From: an uncultured Chloroflexia bacterium
GTDB taxonomy: Bacteria > Chloroflexota > Limnocylindria > Limnocylindrales > CSP1-4
DNA: 64,000 bases
Direction: 5' to 3'
NCBI GenBank assembly: GCA_963713795.1
Contig: CAVQNC010000015.1
Coordinates: forward strand, 124,892-188,891
Part shown: one piece after another, positions 38,030 through 47,065 of the stretch
Numbering within the stretch: the stretch's first letter is position 1
How the letters are laid out: each line of letters opens with the position of its first letter
Made by a program: the position numbers and the translations under genes
The notes under the pieces: generated by a model
The model's input: only the letters and a program-made list of their open reading frames with translations
What the model was told of the DNA's origin: nothing
The model's database searches: none

Positions 38030-40411
38030 ATGCTGCTCTCACGACTCACCCGACGGGACCGCAAACGGGAGGACGGCCAGATCATCGTCCTGTTCGAGCT
38101 GTCCCTGGTCGTCATGCTCGTGTGCGCGGCCCTCGTCATCGACCTGGGCGTCCTGCGCAACAACAAGCAGATCCTGAGGAACACCTTCGACGCGGCCGCC
38201 CTCGCGGGCGGCTACGAACTGCCGGTTACCGGCGCAACCCAGGCGGCGACGGCCAACGCGCTGATCAACGCGAACATCCAGGCGAACTACCCGGGCGGCC
38301 TGCCGGCCTCCAACTACAAGATCACCTACAAGTGCCTGGTGGGCGCGAGCGCCACCGGACCCCTCATCGCCAGGGATGTCCCGACGACGTGCGATCCCCG
38401 CCTGTCGCTCGGCATACCGATCAACAACCCCCTGACCGCGAGCGACATCACGGCGCTCACTGCCTACTTCACCGGCGCCGGCCCGACGCGTATCTCCTCC
38501 TGCGATCCGACCAAGGGTGACAAGTGCAACGTCGTCCAGATCCAGGGCAGCGCGACCACGAAGTACGCGCTGGCCCCGGTGGTCGGAATCAACAGCGGGT
38601 CGACGGGGGTGATCGTGTCGGCGGCCTGCAACGGGCCCTGCGGCGAACCGACGAGCATCCCGGTCGACCTGGTCATGATCATCGACCGGACCGCCAGCAT
38701 GAGCGCCTCCGACGTGACCGCCACCAAGAACGCCGCCGACGCGGTCCTGGGCGTCTACAACCCGGCCATCCAGCGCGTGGCCCTGGGGTTGCTCGGCCCG
38801 AGTTCCCCCAACAGCACCTGCGGCAGCCCGGCCGTAAACGTGAACACCCTCGTGCCGGGAACGCTGACGGCGCCGGCCATCGCCGGCTCGACGACCGCGA
38901 ACGTCCAGTCGGCGACGAACGCTTCGACCGGCGCTACGACGCTCGTTATCTCCAAGCCGACGTCGACGGCCAGCGGCGACTTCCTCGTGGCGGGGATCAC
39001 CGTCACGGGCGGATCCGGGGCGGGCCTGACCGCACCCTCGGGCTGGACCCTCATCCAGCGGACCAATAACGCGAGCAACGTGGCCCTCTTCACCTACTAC
39101 CGCTGGGCAGGCGGCTCCGAACCCACGACCTACACGTGGACGGTCTCGCCCAGCGCGCGGGCCTCGGGAGGCATCCTTCGCTACACCGGCGTGAACCCCT
39201 CCAACCCGATCAACGGCACGAGCACCAACACCGGCTCGGGTACGGCCGTGACCGCCAACAGCATCACCACGACGTCGGCGCAGACGGCCGTCGTGGCCTT
39301 TTACGGGACGGGCACGAGCACGACGTTCACGCCGCCGAGCGGCTCGCCGACCGCGACCGAGCGGTTCGACGTGAAGAACGCGAACGCGGCCGGTCCCTCC
39401 ACCGAGTCTTCCACCCTGGCCGAGGCCACCGCCGGAGCGACCGGCACCAAGGCCGCGACCGCCGCGGCGAGCGGCCAGTGGGCGGCCCAGATGATCGCCC
39501 TGAACCCCGTGCCCGTCGACACCTACGGCACGAACGTGCCGGCCGACCTCGGCTCGTGGCTCCCGATCGGGTTCACCGGCACCGACAGCGACTCGCCGCC
39601 GCCCGCCTACAACGAGGCCTACGTCAGCGGCGGCGCCCTCAACTCCAGCAGCCACATCGTCTCGGCCATCAGCTGCTACAACGCCGTCGGCGGCACCGGC
39701 ACCAACCTGGCGACGCCGATCACCATGGCCACGTACTACCTGCAGCACTACGGCCGCCCGAAGGACACGTGGGGGATCCTGCTGGAGACCGACGGCCAGC
39801 CGAACTACAGCAGCACCGGCGACCCGAACAACTACACCTGCGCCGCGGCGAACTCGGCGGCCTCAGCCGCGAAGACCACGACGAACGCCAGCGGCATACC
39901 GATCGAGATCTTCACCGTCGGCTTCGGCCTCGACGGCTCCAACGATGCCGCCTGCCCCGACAGCTCGGGCGCCTTCCAGGGCAAGAAGGCGACGCAGCTG
40001 CTCGCCTCGATGGCCACCCAGCCCTCGGTCGACGACGGCTGCCCCGGCACCTCCAACACCGACGGGGACCACTTCTTCTGCGAACCCAAGACGTCGGACC
40101 TGACGTCGATCTTCAGCCAGATCGCCACCTCGTTCGCCGGCAAAGGCGCTCGCCTCATCCAGCTGTACCCGGCTCCGGTGGTCACCAGCGCCAGCGGCGC
40201 AACCGGTTCGGTGACCATAACGGGCGAGTACTTCACCGGCGCGACATCTGTCATGTTCGGCGGGTCGAACGCGCCATTTGTAGTTGTGAACGACAACACC
40301 ATCACGGCCAATGCCGGCGAGGGCGCCGGCGGTTCGAAAGTCAACGTCGTGGTGACCTCGCCCGGAGGCTCCTCGGCGATAACCCCGGCGGACGTCTACA
40401 CGTACCCGTAG
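38030..40411 (+). CDS. TadG-like vWA/IPT adhesin (copy 2)
   Basis: Collinear paralog of 34647-37088 with a DRTAS MIDAS-like motif. Confidence 0.85.
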   Translation: MLLSRLTRRDRKREDGQIIVLFELSLVVMLVCAALVIDLGVLRNNKQILRNTFDAAALAGGYELPVTGATQAATANALINANIQANYPGGLPASNYKITYKCLVGASATGPLIARDVPTTCDPRLSLGIPINNPLTASDITALTAYFTGAGPTRISSCDPTKGDKCNVVQIQGSATTKYALAPVVGINSGSTGVIVSAACNGPCGEPTSIPVDLVMIIDRTASMSASDVTATKNAADAVLGVYNPAIQRVALGLLGPSSPNSTCGSPAVNVNTLVPGTLTAPAIAGSTTANVQSATNASTGATTLVISKPTSTASGDFLVAGITVTGGSGAGLTAPSGWTLIQRTNNASNVALFTYYRWAGGSEPTTYTWTVSPSARASGGILRYTGVNPSNPINGTSTNTGSGTAVTANSITTTSAQTAVVAFYGTGTSTTFTPPSGSPTATERFDVKNANAAGPSTESSTLAEATAGATGTKAATAAASGQWAAQMIALNPVPVDTYGTNVPADLGSWLPIGFTGTDSDSPPPAYNEAYVSGGALNSSSHIVSAISCYNAVGGTGTNLATPITMATYYLQHYGRPKDTWGILLETDGQPNYSSTGDPNNYTCAAANSAASAAKTTTNASGIPIEIFTVGFGLDGSNDAACPDSSGAFQGKKATQLLASMATQPSVDDGCPGTSNTDGDHFFCEPKTSDLTSIFSQIATSFAGKGARLIQLYPAPVVTSASGATGSVTITGEYFTGATSVMFGGSNAPFVVVNDNTITANAGEGAGGSKVNVVVTSPGGSSAITPADVYTYP

Positions 40412-40452
40412 CGGCTGCCGCCCGCATCGCGCATTCCCGCGATGACACGAAT

Positions 40453-40489
40453 ATCGAAGGGCCCGCCGATCTCAGGCGGGCCCTTCGAT
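40453..40489. terminator. Stem-loop after Tad cassette 2
   Basis: ATCGAAGGGCCCGCC-GATCTCA-GGCGGGCCCTTCGAT, a 15-bp perfect stem homologous to 37183-37217. Confidence 0.75.
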
Positions 40490-40564
40490 GTGCCGGCGCG
40501 ATGAGACGCGTGGGGCGAGAAAGACGGGCGGGGTGGGGCGCCCTCCTCTGATACGATGCGCCTC

Positions 40565-41077
40565 ATGGAAGGCGTGGTCCTGGTTCTGAATCAGAACTAT
40601 GAGCCGCTCAACGTCTGCAACCTGCCGAGAGCCTTCCGGCTGGTGTTCGGCGAGCGCGCCGAAGTGCTCGAGTACGACCACCAGGTGATCCGGACGCCGC
40701 GGGCCGACTACCGCGCGCCCGCCGTGATCCGCCTTCAACACCAGATCCGCAGGCCGCGGCCCCGTGTGAAGCTGACGCGCCGCGAAGTCTTCACCAGGGA
40801 CGGCTACACCTGCCAGTACTGCGGCCGCCAGACGGGCGACCTGACGCTCGACCACGTGGTGCCCCGCCACCGCGGCGGCGCCCATACGTGGGAGAACCTG
40901 GTCACGGCCTGCAAGGCCTGCAACCACCGCAAGGGCGGCAAGCTTCTCGACGAGGCCAAGCTGCGGCTGGCGCACCGGCCCACGGAGCCGCGCTGCGATG
41001 TCTACTCGCTCTTCACCCCGTACCTACGAGACGACCGCAACGGGAACTGGCGCTCGTACCTGTTCCTTGGCCACTGA
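40565..41077 (+). CDS. HNH endonuclease (McrA/HNH_5 type)
   Basis: VLVLNQNYEPL, RDGYTCQYCG, TLDHVVPR.RGG..TWENLVTAC..CN.RKG; extended -10 TGnTACGAT 7 nt before the ATG. Confidence 0.93.
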   Translation: MEGVVLVLNQNYEPLNVCNLPRAFRLVFGERAEVLEYDHQVIRTPRADYRAPAVIRLQHQIRRPRPRVKLTRREVFTRDGYTCQYCGRQTGDLTLDHVVPRHRGGAHTWENLVTACKACNHRKGGKLLDEAKLRLAHRPTEPRCDVYSLFTPYLRDDRNGNWRSYLFLGH

Positions 41078-42470
41078 GCCGGGGCTCGGACTCGCCGGCG
41101 GGCCGGCGAGGGAAGGACCGCTGCCCCAGATTCCGGCGGCCGTGGCCGACCTCCTCGAGACCCTGTGGGCCGGCGGGCGGGCGGCGTACGTGGTCGGCGG
41201 CTGCCTCCGAGATGCGCTCCTGGGCCGCGAGCCGGCCGATTGGGACCTGACCACCGACGCCCGCCCGGATCAAGTCCAGGCGCTCTTTCCCGGCTCCCTC
41301 TACGAGAATCGATACGGTACGGTGGTCGTGAGCCAGGGCGAGGGGTCGTACGAGATCACCACCTTCCGCCGCGACGCCGCTTACTCGGACTTCCGCCATC
41401 CAGACGCCGTCGAGTTCGGCGACGCGATCGAGGAGGACCTGGCCCGTCGCGACTTCACCGTGAACGCGATGGCGTGGGGCGGGCCCGCGGGCCGCGAGCC
41501 CGCATTCGTCGACCCCTACGGCGGCCGCGACGACCTGCGGCGCCGTCTGCTGCGAGCCGTCGGAGTTCCGGAGGAGAGGTTCCGCGAGGACGCCCTGCGC
41601 ATGGCCCGGGCCGTCAGGCTGGCGGCAACGCTCGATTTCGAGGTCGAAGCCGGGACGCTGGAGGCAATCCGCCGAAGCGTCGAGCTGGCGCGCCATATCT
41701 CGGGCGAGCGCCTGCTCGCCGAGCTCCTGAAGCTCCTGGCCGCCCGCGAGCCCTCGGTCGGCCTGCGCCTGATGGCCGACTCCGGCCTGCTGGCCGTGAT
41801 TGCCCCCGAACTCGCCCGCCAGCGCGGCCTGGGTCAGAACAAGATCGCCGGCGAGGACCTGTGGGACCACACGTTGAGGACGGTCGACGCCGCGCCGGTC
41901 GGGCAGGTCGTCCGGCTTGCGGCGCTCCTGCACGACGCCGGCAAGCCCGACACTCTCGCCGACGGCCACTTCCACGGGCACGAAACGGTCGGCGCCACGA
42001 TGGCCCGCGACTTCCTGGCCCGCCTCCACGCCCCGCGGCTCCTGCAGGAGCGAGTGGCTCACCTGGTCCTTCTCCACATGTTCGCGTACCAGCCAAACTG
42101 GAGCGACGCCGCCGTTCGCAGGTTCATCGGAAAGGTCGGCCCCGGCTGCGTCGACGACCTGCTGGCCCTGCGAGCGGCCGACAACGTGGGCAGCGGGCTG
42201 GCGCGCGACGCCGGCCACCTGGCCGAGCTGGCAGCGCGAGTCCACGCGGAACTGGCCGCCCACGCCGTGCTGGGCCGTCATCAGCTGGCGGTGAACGGAG
42301 TCGACCTCATGTCCGAGCTGGGCCTGCCCGAAGGCCCGGCCGTCGGCCGGCTGCTCGAAGAACTCACCGAGCGCGTCGTCGCCGAACCGGCGCTCAACGA
42401 CCGTTCGATCCTCCTCGACCTGGCGCGACGGGCGGTGGCCGATCCCGGATTGGTAGAGAATCAGCCGTGA
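41067..42470 (+). CDS. cca: Class II CCA tRNA nucleotidyltransferase with HD domain
   Basis: VGGCLRD.LLG....DWD, EITTFR, EDLARRDFTVNAMA, RFREDALR, LLHDAGK. Start uncertain (TTG 41067). Confidence 0.9.
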   Translation: MATEPGLGLAGGPAREGPLPQIPAAVADLLETLWAGGRAAYVVGGCLRDALLGREPADWDLTTDARPDQVQALFPGSLYENRYGTVVVSQGEGSYEITTFRRDAAYSDFRHPDAVEFGDAIEEDLARRDFTVNAMAWGGPAGREPAFVDPYGGRDDLRRRLLRAVGVPEERFREDALRMARAVRLAATLDFEVEAGTLEAIRRSVELARHISGERLLAELLKLLAAREPSVGLRLMADSGLLAVIAPELARQRGLGQNKIAGEDLWDHTLRTVDAAPVGQVVRLAALLHDAGKPDTLADGHFHGHETVGATMARDFLARLHAPRLLQERVAHLVLLHMFAYQPNWSDAAVRRFIGKVGPGCVDDLLALRAADNVGSGLARDAGHLAELAARVHAELAAHAVLGRHQLAVNGVDLMSELGLPEGPAVGRLLEELTERVVAEPALNDRSILLDLARRAVADPGLVENQP

Positions 42471-42492
42471 AGCTACCGCACGAGGCCGGCTG

Positions 42493-43806
42493 ATGTTCGA
42501 GCTGCTGCTCCAGGCCGACAGGTCGATGTCGGACGGTTTGCTCGATCAGGCCGAGCGAACCTACTGGCAGCTCATCGAGCTCGACCCGACGAACTCGATC
42601 GCGCTCGCCGGGCTGGCGCGCATCTCGCTGCAACGCGGCGACGAAAGGCTGGCTCGAACCTTTGCCGACCGGGCCCTGAGCATCGACCCGGAGAGCGTCG
42701 CCGCGCGGCAGGTCGTCAAGGCGCTCGAGCGGGGAACCGCGCCGGCGTCCGGACCCAGGCCGCCCGAGCTGCCCATTCGCGGGGCCGAAGAGCTGGAAGC
42801 TCTCGGCCGGCGGCGCGGCGGCGGCGCCGCCGGAAGCGATGTGGGAGCCGACCGGGCGGGCTCCGGCCGGAGGAAGGCGGCCGCGGCGCCACAGCCGTCC
42901 CAACCGGCCGCCCCCGGCCGCCGTGCCGGGACGGGGCCCGGCAAGGATTCGCGCGGCCGCGTCCGGCCCGACCAGTTCGGGCCGCTGCCCGCGGAGCCAC
43001 TACGCGAGCGGCGTCAATCCGGCCGGCTGGCGGCAGCCGCGGCGGCCGCCGCGGCTGCGGCCCGCGAGCCCGCCCGCCCACGTCACGAGACGTACCACGC
43101 CATGCCCTCCGGCCGGCGCGTGCTCGAGGCGGGCCAGCCGGGGAGTCCGCCTCCAGACCCGTTCGCCGCGGCCGAGGCAGCCGCGGCAGTGGCCGCGGTG
43201 GACGCCATGGACGAGGAGCTCGACACTTCGACCATGTACCCGCCGGCGGCTCGAACCGAGGCGGAGGCCGAGGCGGCGGCGGCGGTGGCCGCCGTCAACT
43301 CCCTCGACGAGAACGCGCCTGAGACCGCGCCGAAGCGCATTCCCAAGCCCGAGACCTCCGAGGCCGGCTCGGCGCAGGTTGCCGATGCGCCGGCAGCCGG
43401 GACTGGTGTCGCGACGGTGTCACCGGCCCACGGTCCCGACACGGCTGCCGCGACCGGAACCGGGCGCGCTGAACGAGAGGTACGGGCCCCGTCGCAGCCT
43501 GTCGAAGCCGACATGTCCGAGCGAGATGCGGAACTTCAGGCTCTCCGAGAAGCAGTCGCGATCGTCATGGGGGATGAACATGGGGGCGGCGAGGCCGGGG
43601 GCAATGCCGCGGGAGGCCCGGGCGACGACATGGAGCCGTCCGGAAGGCCCACGGCCGCCGCGGCCGCAAACGACGCGCCCGCCGAGCGAGAGCTGATGGC
43701 CTCGGAGACGCCGCCCGGGGACGCCCCGGTGCCGCCGGACGGGGCCCCCGAAGCCGTGACCGTGCCCCGCCGCAAGGGGCTGTTCCGTCGCTTCAGAGGT
43801 GGTTGA
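42493..43806 (+). CDS. TPR-domain protein with long low-complexity tail
   Basis: N-terminal ~80 aa TPR pair (AERTYWQLIELDPTNSIALAGLAR...ALSIDP); Ala/Pro/Glu-rich remainder ending RRKGLFRRFRGG. Confidence 0.7.
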   Translation: MFELLLQADRSMSDGLLDQAERTYWQLIELDPTNSIALAGLARISLQRGDERLARTFADRALSIDPESVAARQVVKALERGTAPASGPRPPELPIRGAEELEALGRRRGGGAAGSDVGADRAGSGRRKAAAAPQPSQPAAPGRRAGTGPGKDSRGRVRPDQFGPLPAEPLRERRQSGRLAAAAAAAAAAAREPARPRHETYHAMPSGRRVLEAGQPGSPPPDPFAAAEAAAAVAAVDAMDEELDTSTMYPPAARTEAEAEAAAAVAAVNSLDENAPETAPKRIPKPETSEAGSAQVADAPAAGTGVATVSPAHGPDTAAATGTGRAEREVRAPSQPVEADMSERDAELQALREAVAIVMGDEHGGGEAGGNAAGGPGDDMEPSGRPTAAAAANDAPAERELMASETPPGDAPVPPDGAPEAVTVPRRKGLFRRFRGG

Positions 43807-44817
43807 ATGAACATCCTGGTCACCGGCGGCGCCGGTTACGTCGGGTCCGTTTCGGTCGAGGCCTTCCTCGAGGCAGGCCACGAGGTCACCGTCCTGGACG
43901 ACCTATCCACCGGCCATCGCGGCGCCGTGCCGCCCGGTGCGACTCTCGAGGTCGGCAGCTACGGCGACCTCGCCGCTACCACGGCCCTGCTGGAGCGGCG
44001 CGAGATAGACGCCATCCTGCACTGCGGGGCCAGGTCGCTCGTCGGCGAGTCGATGGTCGACCCGGCCAGGTACTTCCGAGACAACGTCTCGGGAGGCATC
44101 GCGCTGCTCGACGCCATGCTGGCCGCGGGCGTCCGGCGCATCGTCTTCAGCTCGACTGCCGCCACCTACGGCATGCCCGAGAGAACCCCCGTCCTCGAGT
44201 CCGATCCCGTCCGGCCGATCAACGCCTACGGCGAGACGAAGCGCTGCGTCGAGGCGGCGATCGCCTGGTACGGGCACGGCTACGGCCTCCGGAGCGTCAT
44301 CCTGCGCTACTTCAACGTGGCCGGCGCAACACGGATGAACGGGGAGCAGCATGCGCCGGAGACGCACCTCATCCCCAATGTCCTGGCGACGGCCGAGGAA
44401 GGGCGCGAGATGACCCTCTTCGGCGACGACTACGACACTCCCGACGGAACCTGCATCCGCGACTACATCCATGTCGAGGACCTGGCCGCGGCGCATCTCG
44501 CCGCTCTCACGGCCACGGATCCCGCCGATCCTCGGACCGGCCCCGCGACCGGCGCGTGCCGGCCGTTGATCTGCAATCTCGGCAACGGCACGGGCTTCAG
44601 CAACCGCCAGATCGTGTCGGTGGCGGAGTCGGTGGTCGGCCACGCCATCGCGTTGAAGATGGGCCCGCGCCGCGCCGGTGATCCGCCGATCCTCGTGGCC
44701 AGCTCCGACCGCGCCACGGCCGAACTCGGGTGGAGACCACGCCACGGCAGCATCGACGAGATGATCGACTCCGCCTGGGCGTGGCGCCGCGCTCACCCGG
44801 CCGGCTACACCGGCTAA
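43807..44817 (+). CDS. galE: UDP-glucose 4-epimerase
   Basis: ILVTGGAGYVGS, FSSTAATYG, YGETK, LRYFNVAGA, PETHLIP, DGTCIRDYIHV.DLA.AH. Confidence 0.96.
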   Translation: MNILVTGGAGYVGSVSVEAFLEAGHEVTVLDDLSTGHRGAVPPGATLEVGSYGDLAATTALLERREIDAILHCGARSLVGESMVDPARYFRDNVSGGIALLDAMLAAGVRRIVFSSTAATYGMPERTPVLESDPVRPINAYGETKRCVEAAIAWYGHGYGLRSVILRYFNVAGATRMNGEQHAPETHLIPNVLATAEEGREMTLFGDDYDTPDGTCIRDYIHVEDLAAAHLAALTATDPADPRTGPATGACRPLICNLGNGTGFSNRQIVSVAESVVGHAIALKMGPRRAGDPPILVASSDRATAELGWRPRHGSIDEMIDSAWAWRRAHPAGYTG

Positions 44818-44844
44818 AGTCACGATCGAGGCTAGACTCAGGCA

Positions 44845-45531
44845 ATGCCACTGTTCGGCCGCCGTCTCCCTCCCGAGCCACCCGTCGACCCCGACGACTG
44901 GAGGCCGCAGCGATTCGGTCGGGGCCGCCGCCAGATGCGGGACGCCGTCATCGAGCCGAGCTGGGGAGGAGTTCGCGTGCTGGCCCGCTACGACGGCGCC
45001 CGGACACGCTTCGCCGACGAATTCGGCGCCGACTGCAGCGCGGAGTTCTCCCGGATCGCCGATGCCATCACCGAGGCGGCCCAGGCCGGGGAGCTGATCC
45101 TGGACGGCTTCCTGACGGTCGAGCCGACCCAGCTCGCCTCCGAGATGCCCATCCAGCGCGACACGGGTCCGACGGCCGGCCAGATGATGCAGCAGTACCT
45201 GGTTGGAAGTCGCTTCTCACGGCCGGCCCCGGTCGAGCACCACCTCAATCCCGACCGGCCGATCGCCTTCGTCGCGGTAGACCTCCTTTCGATCGACGGC
45301 TCGCTCCTGCTGGACGTCCCGCTGCTCGAGCGCAAGCGCATCCTGGACACCTCGCTCAGGCAGGGGGACCTCGTCCGGATCACCCCGTTCGTCCGGCCCC
45401 CCATCGGCAGCTTCGTCGCCACCTGGCGCGGCCTCGGCTTCGGGGCGCTGGCCTACAAGTCCGCCAACAGCCGGTATCTGCCAAACGCCGAGAACAACGA
45501 CTGGTCGATACTGCCGATGCCGCCGCGATAG
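44845..45531 (+). CDS. ATP-dependent DNA ligase adenylation-domain homolog with degenerate catalytic motifs
   Basis: EPSWGGVR (motif I), ILDGFL, FVAVDLL..DG..L...PL.ERK..L, YK...SRY.P.....W; no OB domain. Confidence 0.75.
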   Translation: MPLFGRRLPPEPPVDPDDWRPQRFGRGRRQMRDAVIEPSWGGVRVLARYDGARTRFADEFGADCSAEFSRIADAITEAAQAGELILDGFLTVEPTQLASEMPIQRDTGPTAGQMMQQYLVGSRFSRPAPVEHHLNPDRPIAFVAVDLLSIDGSLLLDVPLLERKRILDTSLRQGDLVRITPFVRPPIGSFVATWRGLGFGALAYKSANSRYLPNAENNDWSILPMPPR

Positions 45532-45649
45532 AGGGCCGGCCGGCCGCCGGATGGACCGACGGCTCGGGCGAACACGCACGCGGCATCCACAAGGTCGCGC
45601 CCGTCGCGCCGTGTTCACGGAGGGCTCACGACGTGGTACGGTGGGGTCG

Positions 45650-47065
45650 ATGCCCTCGAGCGCGCTCACTCCCGCAATCAAGGACGAGATCGCCCGGCTC
45701 GGTTGCGCCGACATCATGGTCGGCATCCCGAGCTACCGGAACGCGGCGACCATCGGCCACGTCGTGAGGGCCGCCCAGGCGGGCCTGGTCCAGTACTTCC
45801 CGGACCTGCGGCCGATACTCGTGAACGCCGACGCCGGCTCCCCGGACGGCACCCAGCGCGTCGTCGTGGAGACCGAGCCGCCCGGGTACGTCGAGGAGAT
45901 CCTGCTGGTCAGGCCTACCAACCGCCTTCAGCGGGTCAGCCTGACCTATCCCGAGGTCGACGGGATCGGCGGCAAGGGGGCCGCCCTGCGGACGCTATTC
46001 GAGATGGCGGCGGCGCTCGAGGCGGAGGCTCTCGTCGTCGTCGACTCGGACCTGCGGTCGATCGTGCCGGAATGGATCGAGCTGCTGGCCGGTCCGATCC
46101 TCAAGGGCGGCTACGACTACGTAGCGCCGCTCTACTCGCGCCACAAGTACGACGGCACGATCACCAACACGGTCACCTATCCGGTGACGCGGGCGTTGTA
46201 CGGGCACCGAATCCGGCAGCCCATCGGCGGGGACTTCGGCGTCAGCAGCGATCTCATCCGCCACTATCTCGCCCAGGAGAGCTGGACGGCCGACGTGTCC
46301 CGCTTCGGCATCGACATCTGGATGACCACCACGGCCCTGACGGGCGGCTTCGCGGTGTGCCAGACGAGACTCGGAGCCAAGATCCACGACCCCAAGGATC
46401 CCGGCTCGGACCTGGGGCCGATGTTCCGGCAGGTCGTCGGCACGCTGCTCACGATGGCCCGCGACAACGCCGACCGCTGGCTGCCGATCGTCGGCAGCCG
46501 CGACGTTCCGGCCTATGGGTTCGAGCGGTACGCCGATCCTGCCCCGCTCGAGGTCAACACCCTGCGCCTCCTGGCGCAATTCCACGCGGGCTCCCTGACA
46601 CTGGCCGACACCTGGCGGCAGATGCTGCGGCCCGGCAACTACGACGGCGTCATGTCCCTGGCCGCGGAGGCGGGTGCGATGGCCGAGGCGGCCGCCAACA
46701 GGCTCGGCGTCGACGCGGAGTCGGGCGAGGGGTCGGTCGGTCGGAGCGGCCTGCCGTCCACCGACGATCTCTCCGACGCCGTCGCCGGCTTCCATTTCCC
46801 CGATGACCTCTGGGCTCGCGTCTTCTACGACCTGCTGGTGACGGCCAGCTTCGGCGAGGTCCCGGTCGAGCGCCTCGTAGCCGCCTTCGTGCCGATCTAC
46901 TTCGGCCGGGTCGGTCGCTTCGTCATCGAGAACCGGCGCCTGTCGGGCGAGCAGGCGGAGGAGCGGGTCGAGCGCCAGGCCCATGAGTTCGAGCTGCTCA
47001 AGCCTTACCTCGTCAGGCACTGGCGCGAAGCCGCGGCCGCCGGCAAGGTAGGGGTGACGCCGTGA
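45650..47065 (+). CDS. GT-A glycosyltransferase, glucosylglycerate/mannosylglycerate synthase-like
   Basis: VGIPSYRN..TI.HVV, GKGAA, DSDLRSI.PEWI, PLY.RHKYDGTITN, RQPIGGDFG, FGIDIWMTT; leaderless-type start. Confidence 0.75.
   Translation: MPSSALTPAIKDEIARLGCADIMVGIPSYRNAATIGHVVRAAQAGLVQYFPDLRPILVNADAGSPDGTQRVVVETEPPGYVEEILLVRPTNRLQRVSLTYPEVDGIGGKGAALRTLFEMAAALEAEALVVVDSDLRSIVPEWIELLAGPILKGGYDYVAPLYSRHKYDGTITNTVTYPVTRALYGHRIRQPIGGDFGVSSDLIRHYLAQESWTADVSRFGIDIWMTTTALTGGFAVCQTRLGAKIHDPKDPGSDLGPMFRQVVGTLLTMARDNADRWLPIVGSRDVPAYGFERYADPAPLEVNTLRLLAQFHAGSLTLADTWRQMLRPGNYDGVMSLAAEAGAMAEAAANRLGVDAESGEGSVGRSGLPSTDDLSDAVAGFHFPDDLWARVFYDLLVTASFGEVPVERLVAAFVPIYFGRVGRFVIENRRLSGEQAEERVERQAHEFELLKPYLVRHWREAAAAGKVGVTP

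Noticed and set aside
34140-40489. Tad duplication as an assembly artefact or a DGR template/variable pair
   Set aside because: The copies differ by many substitutions and indels that do not appear restricted to adenines, the upstream flanks differ, and there is no reverse transcriptase in the window.
40565-41077. HNH as a homing endonuclease, IscB or defence nuclease
   Set aside because: It is a short stand-alone HNH with no RuvC or PLMP parts, no intron or terminal repeats, and no methylase; the context is housekeeping.
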